Shown here: positions 32,462 through 47,254 of the stretch, one piece after another | How the letters are laid out: each line of letters starts with the position of its first letter | Numbering within the stretch: position 1 is the first letter of the stretch | From: Octopus vulgaris | Taxonomy: Eukaryota | Assembly (NCBI GenBank): GCA_951406725.2 | Contig: OX597818.1 | Coordinates: 106,206,001 to 106,270,000, forward strand | Direction: 5' to 3' | Length of the DNA: 64,000 nucleotides | The notes under the pieces: model-generated | Seen by the model: only the letters and a program-made list of their open reading frames with translations | Database searches by the model: none | What the model was told of the DNA's origin: nothing | Position numbers and translations under genes: made by a program

Positions 32462-33100
32462 CTGAGCTTCCTGAAGATTTTTCTTATGTATGTATATATA
32501 TATATGTATATATATATATGTATGTATATATATATATGTATGTATATATGTATGTATATATGTATATATATGTATGTATGTATATATGTATATATATGTA
32601 TGTATATATATATATATATATTTTTTCTAGTTTCTGCTCAGAGCTGCGGCCATGCTGATGCACCGCTGTTTTGTGCTACACTGTTATTACGACGATCCTC
32701 GTCTAATATGTGGCACTTGGTGAAGAATGGAGTTTGATACAGCTACTCCCATATGTATATATATATATGCATATATGTATATATATATATGTATGTATAT
32801 ATATATATGTATGTATATAATTTATATTAAAAATTTTTTTATGTATTGGATTAAGTCTTTCTTTGTTTGATTTGCAAAATAGTGGTTTTGTCTCTAATTA
32901 ATATTATATATGTATGTATATATATATATATATGTATGTATATATATATATGTATGTATGTATGTATATATATATATATATATGTATGTATATATGTATA
33001 TATATATATATATGTATGTATGTATATATATGTATGTATATGTATATATATATGTATATGTATATATATATATATGTATGTATATATATATGTATGTATA

Positions 33101-34263
33101 TAGTGAGCGGTATTCCGCAGGGCACTGTTTTGGGACCACTACTGTTCATAATGGCCCTCTCAGACATGAACTCAGCCACGCAGAGAGCCATGATCACAAG
33201 TTATGCGGATGATACAAAAGTTTCATAGGCAATACAGAACCCTGAAGACACTAAACACCTGCAATGTGAGCTGGACAAAATAGAAAAGTGGGCTGAAAAG
33301 AATAGCATGCAGTTCAATGCTGAAAAGTTTCAAGCTTTATGCTATCAGCATGCAAAACTAAATGCAATACCCAATGAATACACTGGACCCGGAGGGATTG
33401 CAATCCCAGAGGCACAATCAGTGCGTGACCTGGGTATTTACATGAGTGATGACGCAACCTTTCATGTACATGTTGCTAAATTGGCAATGAAATGTAGACG
33501 ACTGGCTGGATGGATTCTTAGCACCTTTAGAACAAGAGAATAAGAAACCATGATGGTCCTCTGGAGGACACTTGTCCTAAGCCACTTTGACTATTGCTCT
33601 CAGCTATGGTCACCATCCAGTGTCAAGTTGATCACAGAACTTGAGGCGGTCCAATGAAGCTACACGAAGAAGATAGCCTCTGTGCAGCATATAAGCTACT
33701 GGGAAAGACTCAAGAGATTAAAACTCTATTCCTTGGAGCGTAGGCGAGAAAGATATGCCATAATATACATCTGGAAGATCCTGGAAGGACTTGTCCCAAA
33801 TTTTGGCATCGAGAGTTACACAAATGCCAGAACTGGGTGCCACTGCATGGTGCCACTGCATGGTGCCACTGCATGGTGCCACTGCATGGTGCCACTGCAT
33901 GGTGCCACTGCATGGTGCCAAGGACTCCAAATTTGCCATCAAGATGTAGGACAAGATACTGTGATAGCCTGGGCTTCAGAGGCCCACAGCTCTTCAATAT
34001 CCTCCTGAAGAACCTGAGGGACCTGCATGGGGTGGATGCAGATGTTTTTAAAGTAGGACTGGATCTCTTCCTGTCAGGTGTCCCGGATGAACCAACTTCA
34101 CAGCAGGAGGTGCAGATGAGGGCAGTTGCATCGAACTCTCTCATGCACCAAATGGCAGTTGCTAAAAAGCATTCGTGAAGTAAAATCATGTAGCAACACC
34201 AAATTGCGGTGCCCCAACATGGCCACAGCTCGAGAGCTGAAACTAGATAAAAAAAAAAAAAAA
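33101..34263 (+). mobile_element. CR1-group LINE (subfamily B), 5'-truncated, with in-frame stops
   Basis: [21 protein letters not shown] and [26 protein letters not shown]; ends gctgaaactagat followed by poly(A). Confidence 0.92.
33836..33920 (+). repeat. 13-bp tandem repeat (ggtgccactgcat) x6.5 inside the LINE
   Basis: Perfect units start at 33836, 33849, 33862, 33875, 33888 and 33901. Confidence 0.95.
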
Positions 34264-34304
<41 letters not shown>

Positions 34305-34404
34305 TATGTATGTATATATATATATGTATGTATGTATATATATATATATGTATGTATATATATATATATGTATGTATATATATATATATGTATATATATG
34401 TATG

Positions 34405-34498
<94 letters not shown>

Positions 34499-34732
34499 TA
34501 TATATCTGTATGTATATATATATATATATATGTATGTATATATATATATGTATGTATATATATATATATGTATGTATATATATATATATGTATGTATGTA
34601 TATATATCTGTATATATATATATGTGTATATGTATATATATATATATATCTGTATATATATATATGTGTATATATATATATATATCTGTATATATATATA
34701 TGTGTATATATATATATATCTGTATACATATA

Positions 34733-34847
<115 letters not shown>

Positions 34848-34936
34848 ATATATATGTGTGTTTATATATATATGTATATATATGTGTGTGTATATATATA
34901 TATAGATATGTATATATATGTGTGTATATATATATA

Positions 34937-35044
<108 letters not shown>

Positions 35045-35055
35045 ATATATATATA

Positions 35056-35100
<45 letters not shown>

Positions 35101-35107
35101 GTATATC

Positions 35108-35138
<31 letters not shown>

Positions 35139-35259
35139 GTATATCTGTATATATATGTATGTGTATATATATATGTATATATATATGTATATATGTATAT
35201 GGATATATGTATATATATGTATGTATATATATGTATATGTATATATATATATGTATATG

Positions 35260-35294
<35 letters not shown>

Positions 35295-35548
35295 TATATA
35301 TATATATATATCTATATATATATGTATGTATATATATATGCATGTATATATATGCATATATATATATGTATGTATATATGTATGTATATATATGTATATA
35401 TATGTATGTATATATATGTATATATATGTATGTATATATATGTATATGTATATATATGTATGTATATATATGTGTATATATATATGTATATATATATATG
35501 TGTATATATATATGTATATATATGTATATATATGTATGTATATATATG

Positions 35549-35579
<31 letters not shown>

Positions 35580-35984
35580 GTATGTATATATATGTATATA
35601 TATGTGTATATATATGTATATATATGTATATATATATGTATATATATATATATGCATATATATGTATATATATATACGTATATATATGTATATATGTAGA
35701 TATGCGTATATATATGTATATATGTAGATATATGTATATATGTATATGTATATATGTATATATATATATATATATGTTTATATGTATATATATATATGTA
35801 TATATGTATATGTATATACGTATATGTATATATATATGTATGTATATACGTATATGTATATATATATGTATATACGTATATGTATATATATATATGTATA
35901 TATATATATGTATATATATGTATATATATGTATATATATTTATATGTATATATATATATGTATATATATATGTATATATATATG

Positions 35985-36025
<41 letters not shown>

Positions 36026-37766
36026 GTATATATGTATATATGTGTGTATATGTATATATATATATATATATGTATATATATGTATACACATACGCATTTA
36101 CATAAATTTATATATACATATATATTTATAAACATATATTTATATATATACATATATATTTGTATATGTATCTGTGTATGTATGTATGTATGTATGTATG
36201 TATGTACGTATATAATATTTGCACCCATTCTTTTTCAATGCTACATATGAAAGTGGATGATTACTTAAAGAGCCATGTCATGGAGGAATTTGTAGCTGTA
36301 ATACAGTGAGAGAAAAAAAAATCTAATAGTAAAATCAATCTATAAATCATTTTGCAATTTGGCTGTCTCTCTCTTTTGCTTATTGCTTTTATACAGATCT
36401 TTGTGTGCATGTATATGTAACTTTGTATGATTGTATCCATATGCTTCAATCTTGCCATATTACATGGCAACTTTAAAAAATAAAAACACCAAACAAAGCT
36501 TAACAATAGAAGAAATATACATAAAAAGAAACAATAAAAAAAACCCTTAAAGGATGATGATGATGATAGTAATAATAATAGTAATAAATGATAATAATAA
36601 TGTTAGTAATCAGAAGAATTATAATCCACTTTTTTCGGTTTTTTGATCCCTGAAAAATAGTTTCAAAAAATGATTTTTTATAAAATTTCTATAATTTCTG
36701 CTGTCCTTGTTATGTGTACTTATTTGAGTTTGCTTCTTTCCTTTATGTAACCATTAAAACATTTGTGAATACATACATATATAATATGAAATTTACTTTA
36801 TCAAATTTCTGTATTGCTGTTCAATATATTTTATATTTTAAAGGAACTGTGTATGTAGGTAGATGTGTGTCTGTAAATAAGTGGTAGTGTTCTTCTGAGA
36901 GTAGTGTTTTTGTTTTTAATTTAGAGGAAAGGTGGTTTAGATATTTGCTTTATATCATATCGCAGTAATCCTCCTCTATTCAATTATTCCTTCCTTCTCC
37001 CTAAACAATACACACCACCACTGATAGTGAAAAAATATGTTAAATGAAAATAATGGCAACAACAGTTCATTCTTTTCTTTTATCTGAGCTTGTTATTTGT
37101 TGTGCATTCTTTCTCATGGAATTTTTCTTCCATGTTTTATGACACCGTTAAAAATTATTACCAAATAATAATAATATCTAATGAATAAATAACTTTATTT
37201 ACCCAGTTTCAATGATCCATTATAGTGATTGAGTGTCTGTGTGCCTGCTTATGTTTGCATGCGTGTACATGGAAGTGAGTAGCTGATGCATATAGGAATT
37301 TATAGACATGGTTTTATGTTCAGTGGCTTCAAATATTTCCTGCATCTTCCTCTTTGCTTTCTTTCTAATTAAAAAATATTGTTTTCCTTTTTTTTCAAAA
37401 GATTTTCTTTCAAAATTTCCATACCTATATTCTTCATGCATGTGTGCGTGCATGTGTATGTACATACGTGAGTGTATGTATAGTGAGAGAAAGAGAGAGA
37501 GAGAGAGAGAGAGACTGGTTTCCATCTGTAACTCTAAATACATCTCATATCTTATTAATGCTACACTGTTCCTAAGTCAACTTGTCAAGTACTATAACAG
37601 AAAAAAAATAAATATTAAAAATATAATTAAAAAACACTTCTTTGTGTGCCAACTTCTTTTCCAATAACAAATTTATCCTAGATTGTCACTTTCTTTTTTT
37701 TTTTAAATATTTTTTTTCTTCAATTGAACTGTCTCCATTAAACAAAAATTAAGGAGTTGTTTCGAT

Positions 37767-37772
37767 TTTATT
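37767..37772 (-). promoter_or_regulatory. Candidate polyadenylation signal AATAAA
   Basis: tttatt on the plus strand, about 28 nt past the stop codon. The AT-rich context makes a chance match plausible. Confidence 0.3.
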
Positions 37773-37799
37773 GAAATATATTTCTTTTAATCTTTAGAT

Positions 37800-38069
37800 T
37801 CAAAGTAAGCCAATGGAGATTATAAGAATAAAAATAAGAGTTAGACATGGTGCTCTTGGAGGATTTGCAGTTCCTGTATAATAGGTACGTGGATAAATCT
37901 TTATCTGTACTATGGTGGTTGTAGTCTTTGAGCAAGGTTGTGGGGTATGTATTGGACGTTTTTTACATAACTGTTCTGATGGAGGCCGAAGCCAAATATG
38001 AATTCCATTGATTTGGAAATTTTTATTCAACATACATGCTGGTAAATAATCTTTCTGAAGTCCAGTGAA
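37800..38069 (-). CDS. Terminal coding exon: FTGLQKDYLPACMLNKNFQINGIHIWLRPPSEQLCKKRPIHTPQPCSKTTTTIVQIKIYPRTYYTGTANPPRAPCLTLIFILIISIGLL*
   Basis: Pyrimidine tract then ttgcag|TTC, phase 0, matching the 45263 donor. 89 codons then TGA at 37800-37802. The C-terminus is hydrophobic. Confidence 0.82.
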   Translation of the reverse strand, partial: FTGLQKDYLPACMLNKNFQINGIHIWLRPPSEQLCKKRPIHTPQPCSKTTTTIVQIKIYPRTYYTGTANPPRAPCLTLIFILIISIGLL

Positions 38070-38999
38070 CTGCAAAAACAAATAAAAAAACAAATAAATA
38101 ACAAGCATATATCAATATTTGAAAAATATCTATGCATATCAAACAAAATGATGCCAAAAATGATCTGCCATTCAAGCCAAAAGGAATGAAGCTGTTCCAT
38201 TTCTTTTATGATTTTGCCCCTTTTCTTGGTGATTGCAGTGCTCTTATCCCTGGAACAGTATCTTGGATATGAGCTAAAATCCATTCCTTGTCATGAATAG
38301 TTGTAAATACCATTGTCCATTGAGCCATAAACATGAGCTATTACTACCATCTTTTCACCTTTTCATAGTGTTTGATTAGTGCCATTTTATCATCCAAAGG
38401 AACGGTATAACATTGAAGGATCACCAGGATTATATTTAGAGGTAGGGCTTTTTCTGTGGGCATGGTGGATTAAGAAAAGCACAAATTTATACACAGCAAA
38501 CATAAATGCATGCTTGAATTTCCTGGTACACACTACAATGCTACCTTACAGTGGATTGCTAGAACTATTGGTCCTGTTAACCATGTAAATAGTCTAAGCT
38601 TTGTAATATGTATATTTAAAAAAAATATTAGCGTTGATCTGCTTTAATCAATAATTTGCTCATATTTTCATATGTATTTTATTTGATTTTCCACTCCAAT
38701 ACTGGTTTAAAAAAAAATTTTTTATTCTTTTAAATACGTTTGCTGACACAAACAGAATGTCAGATAAATTGACTGAAGTTGAGGTTTATTTTTTTCCATT
38801 AATTTCTTTAACAGCAAACAGTGTACATCACCTAGTGTCAGCAAGGTAGAAGGGACACCAGTTCAATGATCTCAGGTTACTATGTTTACATATCGTAACC
38901 ATTTGTGAGACAAGAATTTTGAAAATGAAATTACTCACCCTGCTTCTGAACAGTTACAAGGGTGTATTCATTTATCTTGATATGAACGCATGGAATATT

Positions 39000-39812
39000 C
39001 ATCATCATCATTATACATTTGTTTTCCATGGGTTGGACAGTTTGACAATAGCTGGCCAGTGGAAGAGCTGTCCAGGCCCCACTTGTCTGTTTTGGCATGG
39101 TTTCTAATGGCGTGATGCCCTTCCTAACACCAACTACTTTACAGTGTTTACTGGGTGCATTTTACAGGGCACCAGCACAGGTGCTTTATATGTGCTACTG
39201 GCACAGATGCTTCGTACATGGCACCTGCATGGATGATTTATAAGTGGTACTAGCACAGGGACTTTGTACTTGGCTCTGAACAAGAGCTTTTCTGCATGAC
39301 ACTGGTACAGGTGCTTTTTATGTGACACTGGCATTGGTGCTTTCATGTGACGCCATCACTTGTGGACCCTCAGGACAAGGATCACTTGGCTGATATAGGA
39401 ATGTGCTTGTATGTTTAGATGGACAAGATTTTACTTAGCTCAATGTGTCTTCCCAAGCACAGTAAAGCTCCAGAAGCTTTGATACCTTGTCATCTCCTCA
39501 GTGAAGCTTAGCATCTGAAGATCCTTTCTCACCACTTCATCCCATTTGTCTATTTTCCTACTTACTAGGACTTTGCTCCATCAACTCTAAGGCCCTTAGC
39601 TTCTAGACCTTGCTTCCACACTTGAAATTTCTGTAACTTTGGTAGCAATTCAGTAATAAGAACTAGGTCATCAGCATAGAGGAGCTCCCAAGGGCAGCTA
39701 GTCTTAAATTCTTGTTATGGCCTGGAGGACTATCATAAACAAGAGAGGGCTGAGAACCAATCACTGGTGTACTCGTACACTAAATTCCTTGCTATACTCA
39801 TTGCTGACTTCA
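39000..39812 (-). mobile_element. Degraded RTE-type LINE fragment
   Basis: The minus strand at about 39660-39700 reads GCPWELLYADDL-like. (CAT)n 3' tail at 39000. Homologous to 56250-57803. Confidence 0.7.
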
Positions 39813-40914
39813 AGGTGTCCAGCAATCAATAGTCAAGAAGTACTGTAAAGAGAAGCAAATTCCATTTGAGATTCTCTTTTAGCTGCCTGCAAAATGTCAT
39901 TGACTTTCATCATAATATCACTCTTGTTTACATACCTCCTAACACCCCACTTCTTTACTGCAACCTATGGACCAGACTAGCATGTCTAACTTAAGTGTTC
40001 AGGCAGGATGTAACAGCAACTGAAATGGAAGAAGGCACTACACTCTATGATTTTTGGAAGACATGATATTTGTAAGGCTATTCTTAGTATCAACTCAGCA
40101 TGGAAGGATGTATCAGAAATGTTTATGAATGCCATTTGGAAGACACTGAGCATCCGATTTGAGGACAATTTTAAAAGCTTTGACTGTTCAGATGCAAAAA
40201 GAGGATAGCCTTGTTGAAAGAAGTAGAAATGGGAGGAAGAAGATTTCAAGGCATTAATTGATGCTGTCATAGAACCACTCACAAATGAAGAGTTAATGGA
40301 GCTTCAGGAACAGACACAATGAGAAGAGCAGCAACCAGAATAAGAACAAAAACATTTCATCACTAAAATGCAGCAGGCTTTTATGTATATTAAGAAATTA
40401 CTAGCCATTTTTGAGGGGTTGGATCCTGATCCTAAGTGCTTGGCTAAAGTTATGGGGGCTCTTCACAACACTTATGCTCCTTAGTGGGTTATCCTAAATA
40501 ATAAGAGTAAAACTATTTAACCATTCTAGACAAGTTCTTGCTGCACATTGAAAGTTGACTGTTTGAATTGGAAACATCTGATAGTCAACCTATTCCCTTG
40601 ACATCAATATCAATACTGTAATCCATGCTTCTCCTCCAACCTCCTTTTCTGGCCACTCAAGCACATTGAAAGCAGCAATCAGGTAAATGATTTTCTATAT
40701 TTTTTATTCTTTGGTTCTTTTATTATTTCTTGACATTCACAATTTTTATTTGTATTTAAATGTTTAAAATACAATATTCTATACCAGCTTGAAGTCTTTC
40801 TTTTAATGAATTTCAATGATTTTTTTAATTTGATTTTTTTTTTTTCCTGTCATGTCATGTTTGTGAGTTGTCATATTTTTGAAGCAAACACCGGCATAAG
40901 TTGAGATACACCTG
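39813..40914 (+). mobile_element. pogo/Tigger-like DNA transposon 3' remnant
   Basis: Degenerate PPNT..LLQPMDQ motif at about 39935-39975 and EPLTNEELMEL. Terminal ...atacacCTG followed by TA. Confidence 0.65.
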
Positions 40915-41351
40915 TACGCATTTGTTTAAAATATCAGGTGAAATTTGTTGAGGTAGTCTATCCTTCTTGTTGCCATCAAGTTAATGTTTCCAAGTAAATT
41001 TCCACATGGCCAGACGTGTTTCCACAGGCTAGAAATGAATGGCATTGCCTGTAGTATGATGATGATGATGATGCATGCTTGCAATAGGTGCATGATATCA
41101 AGACAGAGTATAGACAAACGCATGCACACACACATACACACACATCTATATAAACCCATGTATACATAGACACACAATGGGACTCTTTCAGTTTCTTTCC
41201 ACTAAGTCCATTCAATAGGTTTCGGTCAGTACAAAGCTGCAAGTGGAAGAAACATGCCCAAGATACCATGTGGTTGGCTTGAACATGAGACTACATAACT
41301 TTACCATACATCAGATACATGCATAAACATACATGCAGGTTTATGTATGTA

Positions 41352-42608
41352 TTAGGTCGTCAAGTATGACATTTGTAGAAAAGAAAAAAGTTTGTATTTT
41401 ATAAATACAAAGAATAGTTTTATTCATCCAAGTATGCACCCATATTATCAATACACTTTTGCCATTTCAGCGGTAGCTTGTCCAGCCCAGAACTGTAAAA
41501 GCCTGGCAATCTAGAGTCAATAAAACCTTGGAAGACCTGTTTTACAGCATCGTTGGGATTAATTTTTTTTCCTTTCAAAAAGTCATCCAAATTCTGGAAG
41601 AAGTAGTCAGTGGGGGCAAGATCAGGTGAGTATGGTGGATGATGGACTTCCAACTCCAACTCCTGTAGTTTTGCCAATGTCATTTTTGCGATGTGTGGTC
41701 TGGCATTGTCTTGGAATAAAATATGAGTGGATCAGTTGACTAATCTAGGCTGTTTTTTTCCTTTGTAAATTTCTGCATCATTTGGTCCAGTTGGCTGCAG
41801 TATACTCGGCCTTGATTGATGAGCCAGGTTTAATGAAATCATAATGGATCACACCTGCACCAGACCTGCACCAAACACACACCATCAGCTTCTTTTGATG
41901 AATTTTGTTGTGTTTTGGTGGCTTGTCTTTGTCCAACTATTGTGCTGAACATTTACGGTTGTTGTATTGGATCCATTTCTCATCACATTACATACAATTC
42001 GATTCAAAAGTGATTCCTTTTTGTGGTGAGAAGTAGCATAATGCTGGCTTCCAAACGTTGCTGTTTCTGATTTTCATTGAGTTGATGTGGAATCTACATA
42101 TCCAACTTTTTCACTTTACCAATTTTGAACTAGGTGAGTCAATATTGTTTGCTTGCTAACACCAAACAACAGCAATAATTCATGGGCACTTTGAGATGGA
42201 TCTGACTCGATGGTGGCTTTCAGTTTGTCATTATCCACCTTTATTTCTGAGCGACTGCGTTGCTCATCTGTGAAGTCAAAGTTACCAGAACGAAATTTTG
42301 CAAACCAATTTAATACTGTCTGCTGTATAATAAACATTAATATTCCAAGATGTCTGTGATGCTGTATTTCCAAGAAAGAACTCATATTTCAAAACTGTAT
42401 GAATTTCCGACTTATCCATCTCTAAACAAAAATAGCAAAAAATGATTTTTAAATACTTTATAAAGTGCAAAATGAGTTAGAACAAAGAAATAGATGTGTC
42501 AGCTTTCTAACAAAAAATAAAGATTATCAAAATATAATAATGGCACATAATGAGCAGCTGTCAAAGTTTACCATATGCCTTACTACAAATTTCATACTTG
42601 ATGACCAA
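41352..42608 (-). mobile_element. Full-length defective mariner element
   Basis: TA-flanked ~27-bp TIRs (ttaggtcgtcaagtatgacatttgtag / ctacaaatttcatacttgatgaccaa). Transposase pieces MDKSEIHTVLKYEF, WFAKFRSGNFD, HPPYSPDLAPTDY and KWQKCIDNMGAY. Confidence 0.92.
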
Positions 42609-44289
42609 TATGTATGTATATATGGAGGTAAATGTTATATATCATATATTGTGCAATAACACTGGTTATGAATATACTGATGTATACCTAAATAAACTAG
42701 TGAAACAAATGTATTATACAAAAGACATATTATTAGTCTGTTTATATTTGTTAGTGTATTTGTATATATTCACTGGTGTGTGTACAATAATCAAAAGCTA
42801 TTGCGGCTGTTTATATGTATGGCTCTCCTATTAATTTTTCTACGTGCACTTGTGCATGCACTCTCACAAACACAAGCCTATACATTTGTTTACATGCATA
42901 ATATATATTTGTATCATCATCATTTAGCGTCTGTTGTCCATGCTGGCATGGGTTAAACGGTTTGTTGGAAGGCATGGGTTAAACGGTAAGTTGGAAGGCT
43001 GCACCAGATTCCAGACTAATTTGGCACGGTTTTTACAGCTGGATGCCCTTCCTAATGTCAACCACTCTGAGAGTGTAATCGGTGTTTTTACATGCCAGCA
43101 GCCTGGTTGTCATGTTTGTGGCACCAGTATCTGCCATGACTGCGATTTTACTTGGCTTGATGGGTCTTCTTCTCAAGCACGACACAATGCCAAAGATATT
43201 GGTCATTGTCTCCCAACACTTGAAAGGAGCATCAGCCACTTTGCCTCTATGGGGCCCAATGCTTGAAAGGTGCTTTTTACATTCCACTGGCACAGGTGCC
43301 AGTTTTGTGATACCAGCATCAGCCACGACGATTTCACTTGGCTTGATTGATTTTTTTCAGGCACAGCATATCGCCAAAGGCCTCATGCTTCACCACCCCA
43401 TCCCATATCTTCCTCTGAGTGTGTGTATATATGCATATTTATATGTATTTTTGTATCATCATTTAATGTCCATGTTCCATGCTAGCATGTGTTGGCTGTT
43501 TTGATAAAACTCCGATGTGTCTAAGGACTGTGTATATGTCTGCTGTCAAACTGTTTAATCCATACCAGCATGGGAAATGGATGTTAAATGATGATGATGA
43601 ATATACTAAACCAGGAATCACAATAATAACTAAAGAGAATTTAAAGTTATAAATTCCTAAAGATATGAATAATAATTGGAGTACTGTGATCAACTTCCAA
43701 AATTGCATCTATTCTACTTAAATTAATTTTAAAAGTTTTTATAAATGAAAATTCTGTACAAAACAAGCCACTTTTCTGTTTTGGAGGAATGAAGGTTAAG
43801 CTAGGTAATTTCAAAATAAATCATAAATGAATGTTAATGTTTCAAACATCCTCTTGTTTTGATTGAAGATGATACACAAATATTTACTCTGTAAAGATGA
43901 TACTCTAGAATTTAGTCTGTCAACAGCAATAAAGGTTTACACAAATTACATTCAACATCAACACCATACTGAACAAATTTCTAAAGCAGCTCCTTCCATT
44001 CTAATCAATGGAAAAAGGAATAAAGCATTAGCAGAAAACAATTAGCCAAGACTATTCATTTCCATAAGGAACCAGGATTTAATGATAGCTGGAAGGAATA
44101 TGCATGTGAACCATCATCAGTGTTCACATTCAAACACATTAACATTTAAAGAACAAAATTTCTACAGACTGAAATTACCAACTTCACTGGAAGATACAAT
44201 TGCTTGGATAAGCTATGTCTAGACACTACCAAAATCTTTGAAAAAAATGGCACAAGTTACAATTGTATGAATACTTTCTGTTGAAAAAA

Positions 44290-44350
<61 letters not shown>

Positions 44351-45262
44351 TAGTCAAATTTCCTCCTTATATTTAATTTTATGTATGTATGTATATACAT
44401 ATACACACGGATATGTGTGCATGTGAAAAAACATATATATACACACACACAATATGTAGATAGATACGTACATCTCTGTCTTTACTGATTCTTAAAAAAA
44501 ATCATTGTCTTGCAATCATTATTAATTTAGTATTTTGATATCAGTTTTGATGGAAAGGTTGGACCAACTTACTCGAAGACAAAAATATGGTGCCAGACAA
44601 GTGATCTAAAATTTTTCACATTACGATATATATATATATATACTTATGTGCACAAGAATCAAAAGTTTAATAATATACAGTAACTGATCAGTTCAAGGCA
44701 ATCAGATGAGATGATGCCATATTCATTAAACAGAAAACAGACTAGAGAGCAAAATGCCACTTCCAATACACTTCCAAATATATGCTAAAATTAATCATGT
44801 CATCTTCATTTAATATGAGGCTGTGAAGTGAGTGTTGTCATAAGATAATGTTTGTAGGAAACCAAGTGTGTGAAATAGTTTTGATCCTCAGTTACAAGTG
44901 CTTCCTTCATAGTTTTAATTATCTAAGGAAGATATGAATTTTAAAATTTTGCAGTTACCTCTCATTATGAAACAAACATATTAGGCCTGTATAAAAGTTA
45001 CTTATTTCAAATATCAGAGAACTCTTGGTAATCCTAGAGAATACTCAGGTATTCTCTTTGGTGATAAAGGCCCAGCAAAACCATAATCAACCTACTATAA
45101 TCTCTGAAAGAGTTTTAATTAAAAAAAAAAATATTTATATATAAAAAAAACATAAATTGAAAAAGAAAAATATTTATCAAAAATGATGTAAAGCACTTTG
45201 AAGATTTTCTGGAAATAGAATTTGTATTTATATAAAAAGTGAGAAAATATTTGTCTACTTAC

Positions 45263-45438
45263 TGCATACAAATTTGGTGGAAGATAATACCAATTCAGGT
45301 CATATTTATTATTTTTTGGTGGCTTCCCTTGAAACATCCACCCAAAGGCACCCAATTTTCCATCAGTGTATGTGAGAAATACAGGGTATAGTTCTTCACA
45401 GTTTAACTTCTTTGAAAGGTTCATGAAATAATGTGTTC
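45263..45438 (-). CDS. Internal coding exon: (G)THYFMNLSKKLNCEELYPVFLTYTDGKLGAFGWMFQGKPPKNNKYDLNWYYLPPNLYA
   Basis: Poly-T tract then atgcag|GA acceptor; donor GCA|gtaagt. The exon is 176 nt, phase 1/0, compatible with both neighbouring exons, and its translation is protein-like and non-repetitive. Confidence 0.88.
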
Positions 45439-45750
45439 CTGCATAAAAAAAAAAAGCACCATTTTCAAAACATGTATTCTTGCAAGACTTCAGCTGTACT
45501 GGTGAGAAATACAGAATACAGGAGAGGGTAACAGAACCAAATATTTGGTTCAATTCTGAAATCTTTGTAATTTCGAGTGACACTAGCCATAGAGAAGATA
45601 AGATCCTATGATTTGACTTGTCATTTAAGAGTGAAACACATTTCTCTTATTTGGAATCAAATCTGTTGGAATGAAGTTGATGTTAAATTGTCAATGGTTA
45701 CAGCAACAGATAGGGAAGTTATTAAAATAGTAAAATAGAAGCAGTGTTAT

Positions 45751-45783
<33 letters not shown>

Positions 45784-45879
45784 ATGGAGGTAGATAACTG
45801 CATGTTGTCATTGAGTAACAACAATAGTGAGTGTGAGAGGGTGGTGAATAGTTTGTGGTTTTAAGGGTATCATGAAAGC

Positions 45880-46050
45880 ATGGCTGGAGGCCCAACATTT
45901 TAAGTTCTTTCACAGGGTTGAGAAAATCAGAAGGACTGCTGCAATAAGTGTGTGAATCTGAGAGGGGAATATGTTGAATAAAACCATAATTAACCGGTGC
46001 TCCTATATTTTCTTTTAACCAAAGCCAGGAACTTTTTGGCACCGCTATGT
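45880..46050. mobile_element. Possible mariner terminal remnant
   Basis: The minus strand reads gcggtgccaaaaagttcctggc...ttattcaacatattcccctct, which resembles mariner ends. Short and degraded. Confidence 0.35.
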
Positions 46051-47254
46051 ATGATAATCAACCTAAACAGGAATATGAACAGATTTCTTTTGGCAAAACA
46101 TATTTGTTGGAAAGAACACACCCATTGCTGAAAACAGAAAGCATTCTTTATGTTACTTTTAAGAAAATCAGTCATAAAAATCATGAAACAGGCTTTAACA
46201 GATATGTGTGTGTGTGTGAGAGAGAGAGAGAGAAAGAAGGTTTGTACATACATACACATAATATATAGGCTAAGAGAACATATACAACGCATATCTAGAT
46301 ATTATTGTTGTTATAATAACTGAAAAGCAGGAATTAAAGCATTACCCCAGAAGTTAATTCCATATCTTCTAAATGGTAATTGCTTGTTAGCCAAGGTTAT
46401 GAAGGCAGAAAGTGGTGCAAAGAATTGTCTGTTTATTGAGAATACCATTTTCCCGCCAATGACTGAGTAAAATAGCATAATAAGAATGACTTCATGCCAT
46501 ATATTATACTTCAATAGAAATAATAAGAATTTAAAGTAAAAACAAGACAAACACAAATATAAAGCAACAAAGAAATAAAGAATGATATGAGATATGAAAA
46601 TTGAGCATTTTTATATAAGCAGTAACTAAAACATCTTTTGGCAGAGTAAAACGAAGTAAAATAGACGTATCATCATTGATGTTGTATATTATCATTGTCG
46701 TTTAACGTCCGCTTTCCATGCTGGCATGGGTTGGACGGTTTGACTGAGGGCTCGCAAGCTAGAAGGCTGCACCAGGCTCCAATCTGATCTGGCAAAGTTT
46801 CTACAGCTGGGTGCTAACCACTACAAGAGTGTAGTGGGTACTTTTTATGCACCACCAGCATGAGGGTCAGTCAGATGGTACTGGTATCAACTATGCTTGA
46901 ATGGTGCTTTTTACGTGCCACTGGCACGGGACCAGTCAGCCAGCACTGGCATCGACCATGCTCGAATGGTGCTTTTTATATGCCACGTACATGTTCAACA
47001 AAAAATAAAAAGTTATTCCAAATGTGCAGCGTAGGAAGGAGATCTGATGCTGGAGTGTTAACAATAGTTATGCAGGTAACCGATTAATAATTTAGGTGTG
47101 CATATTTTGATAGTTTTTGCATATCAAATATGCAAACATTATCTGTCCGTCTCTCTTGGTGACTTTCAATTTCTTTTTCCTCAACGTGTGTGTGGGTACA
47201 TATAAGTATTTGGATGTGGGCATATTTATTCATAAGTACATACATACAGACATA

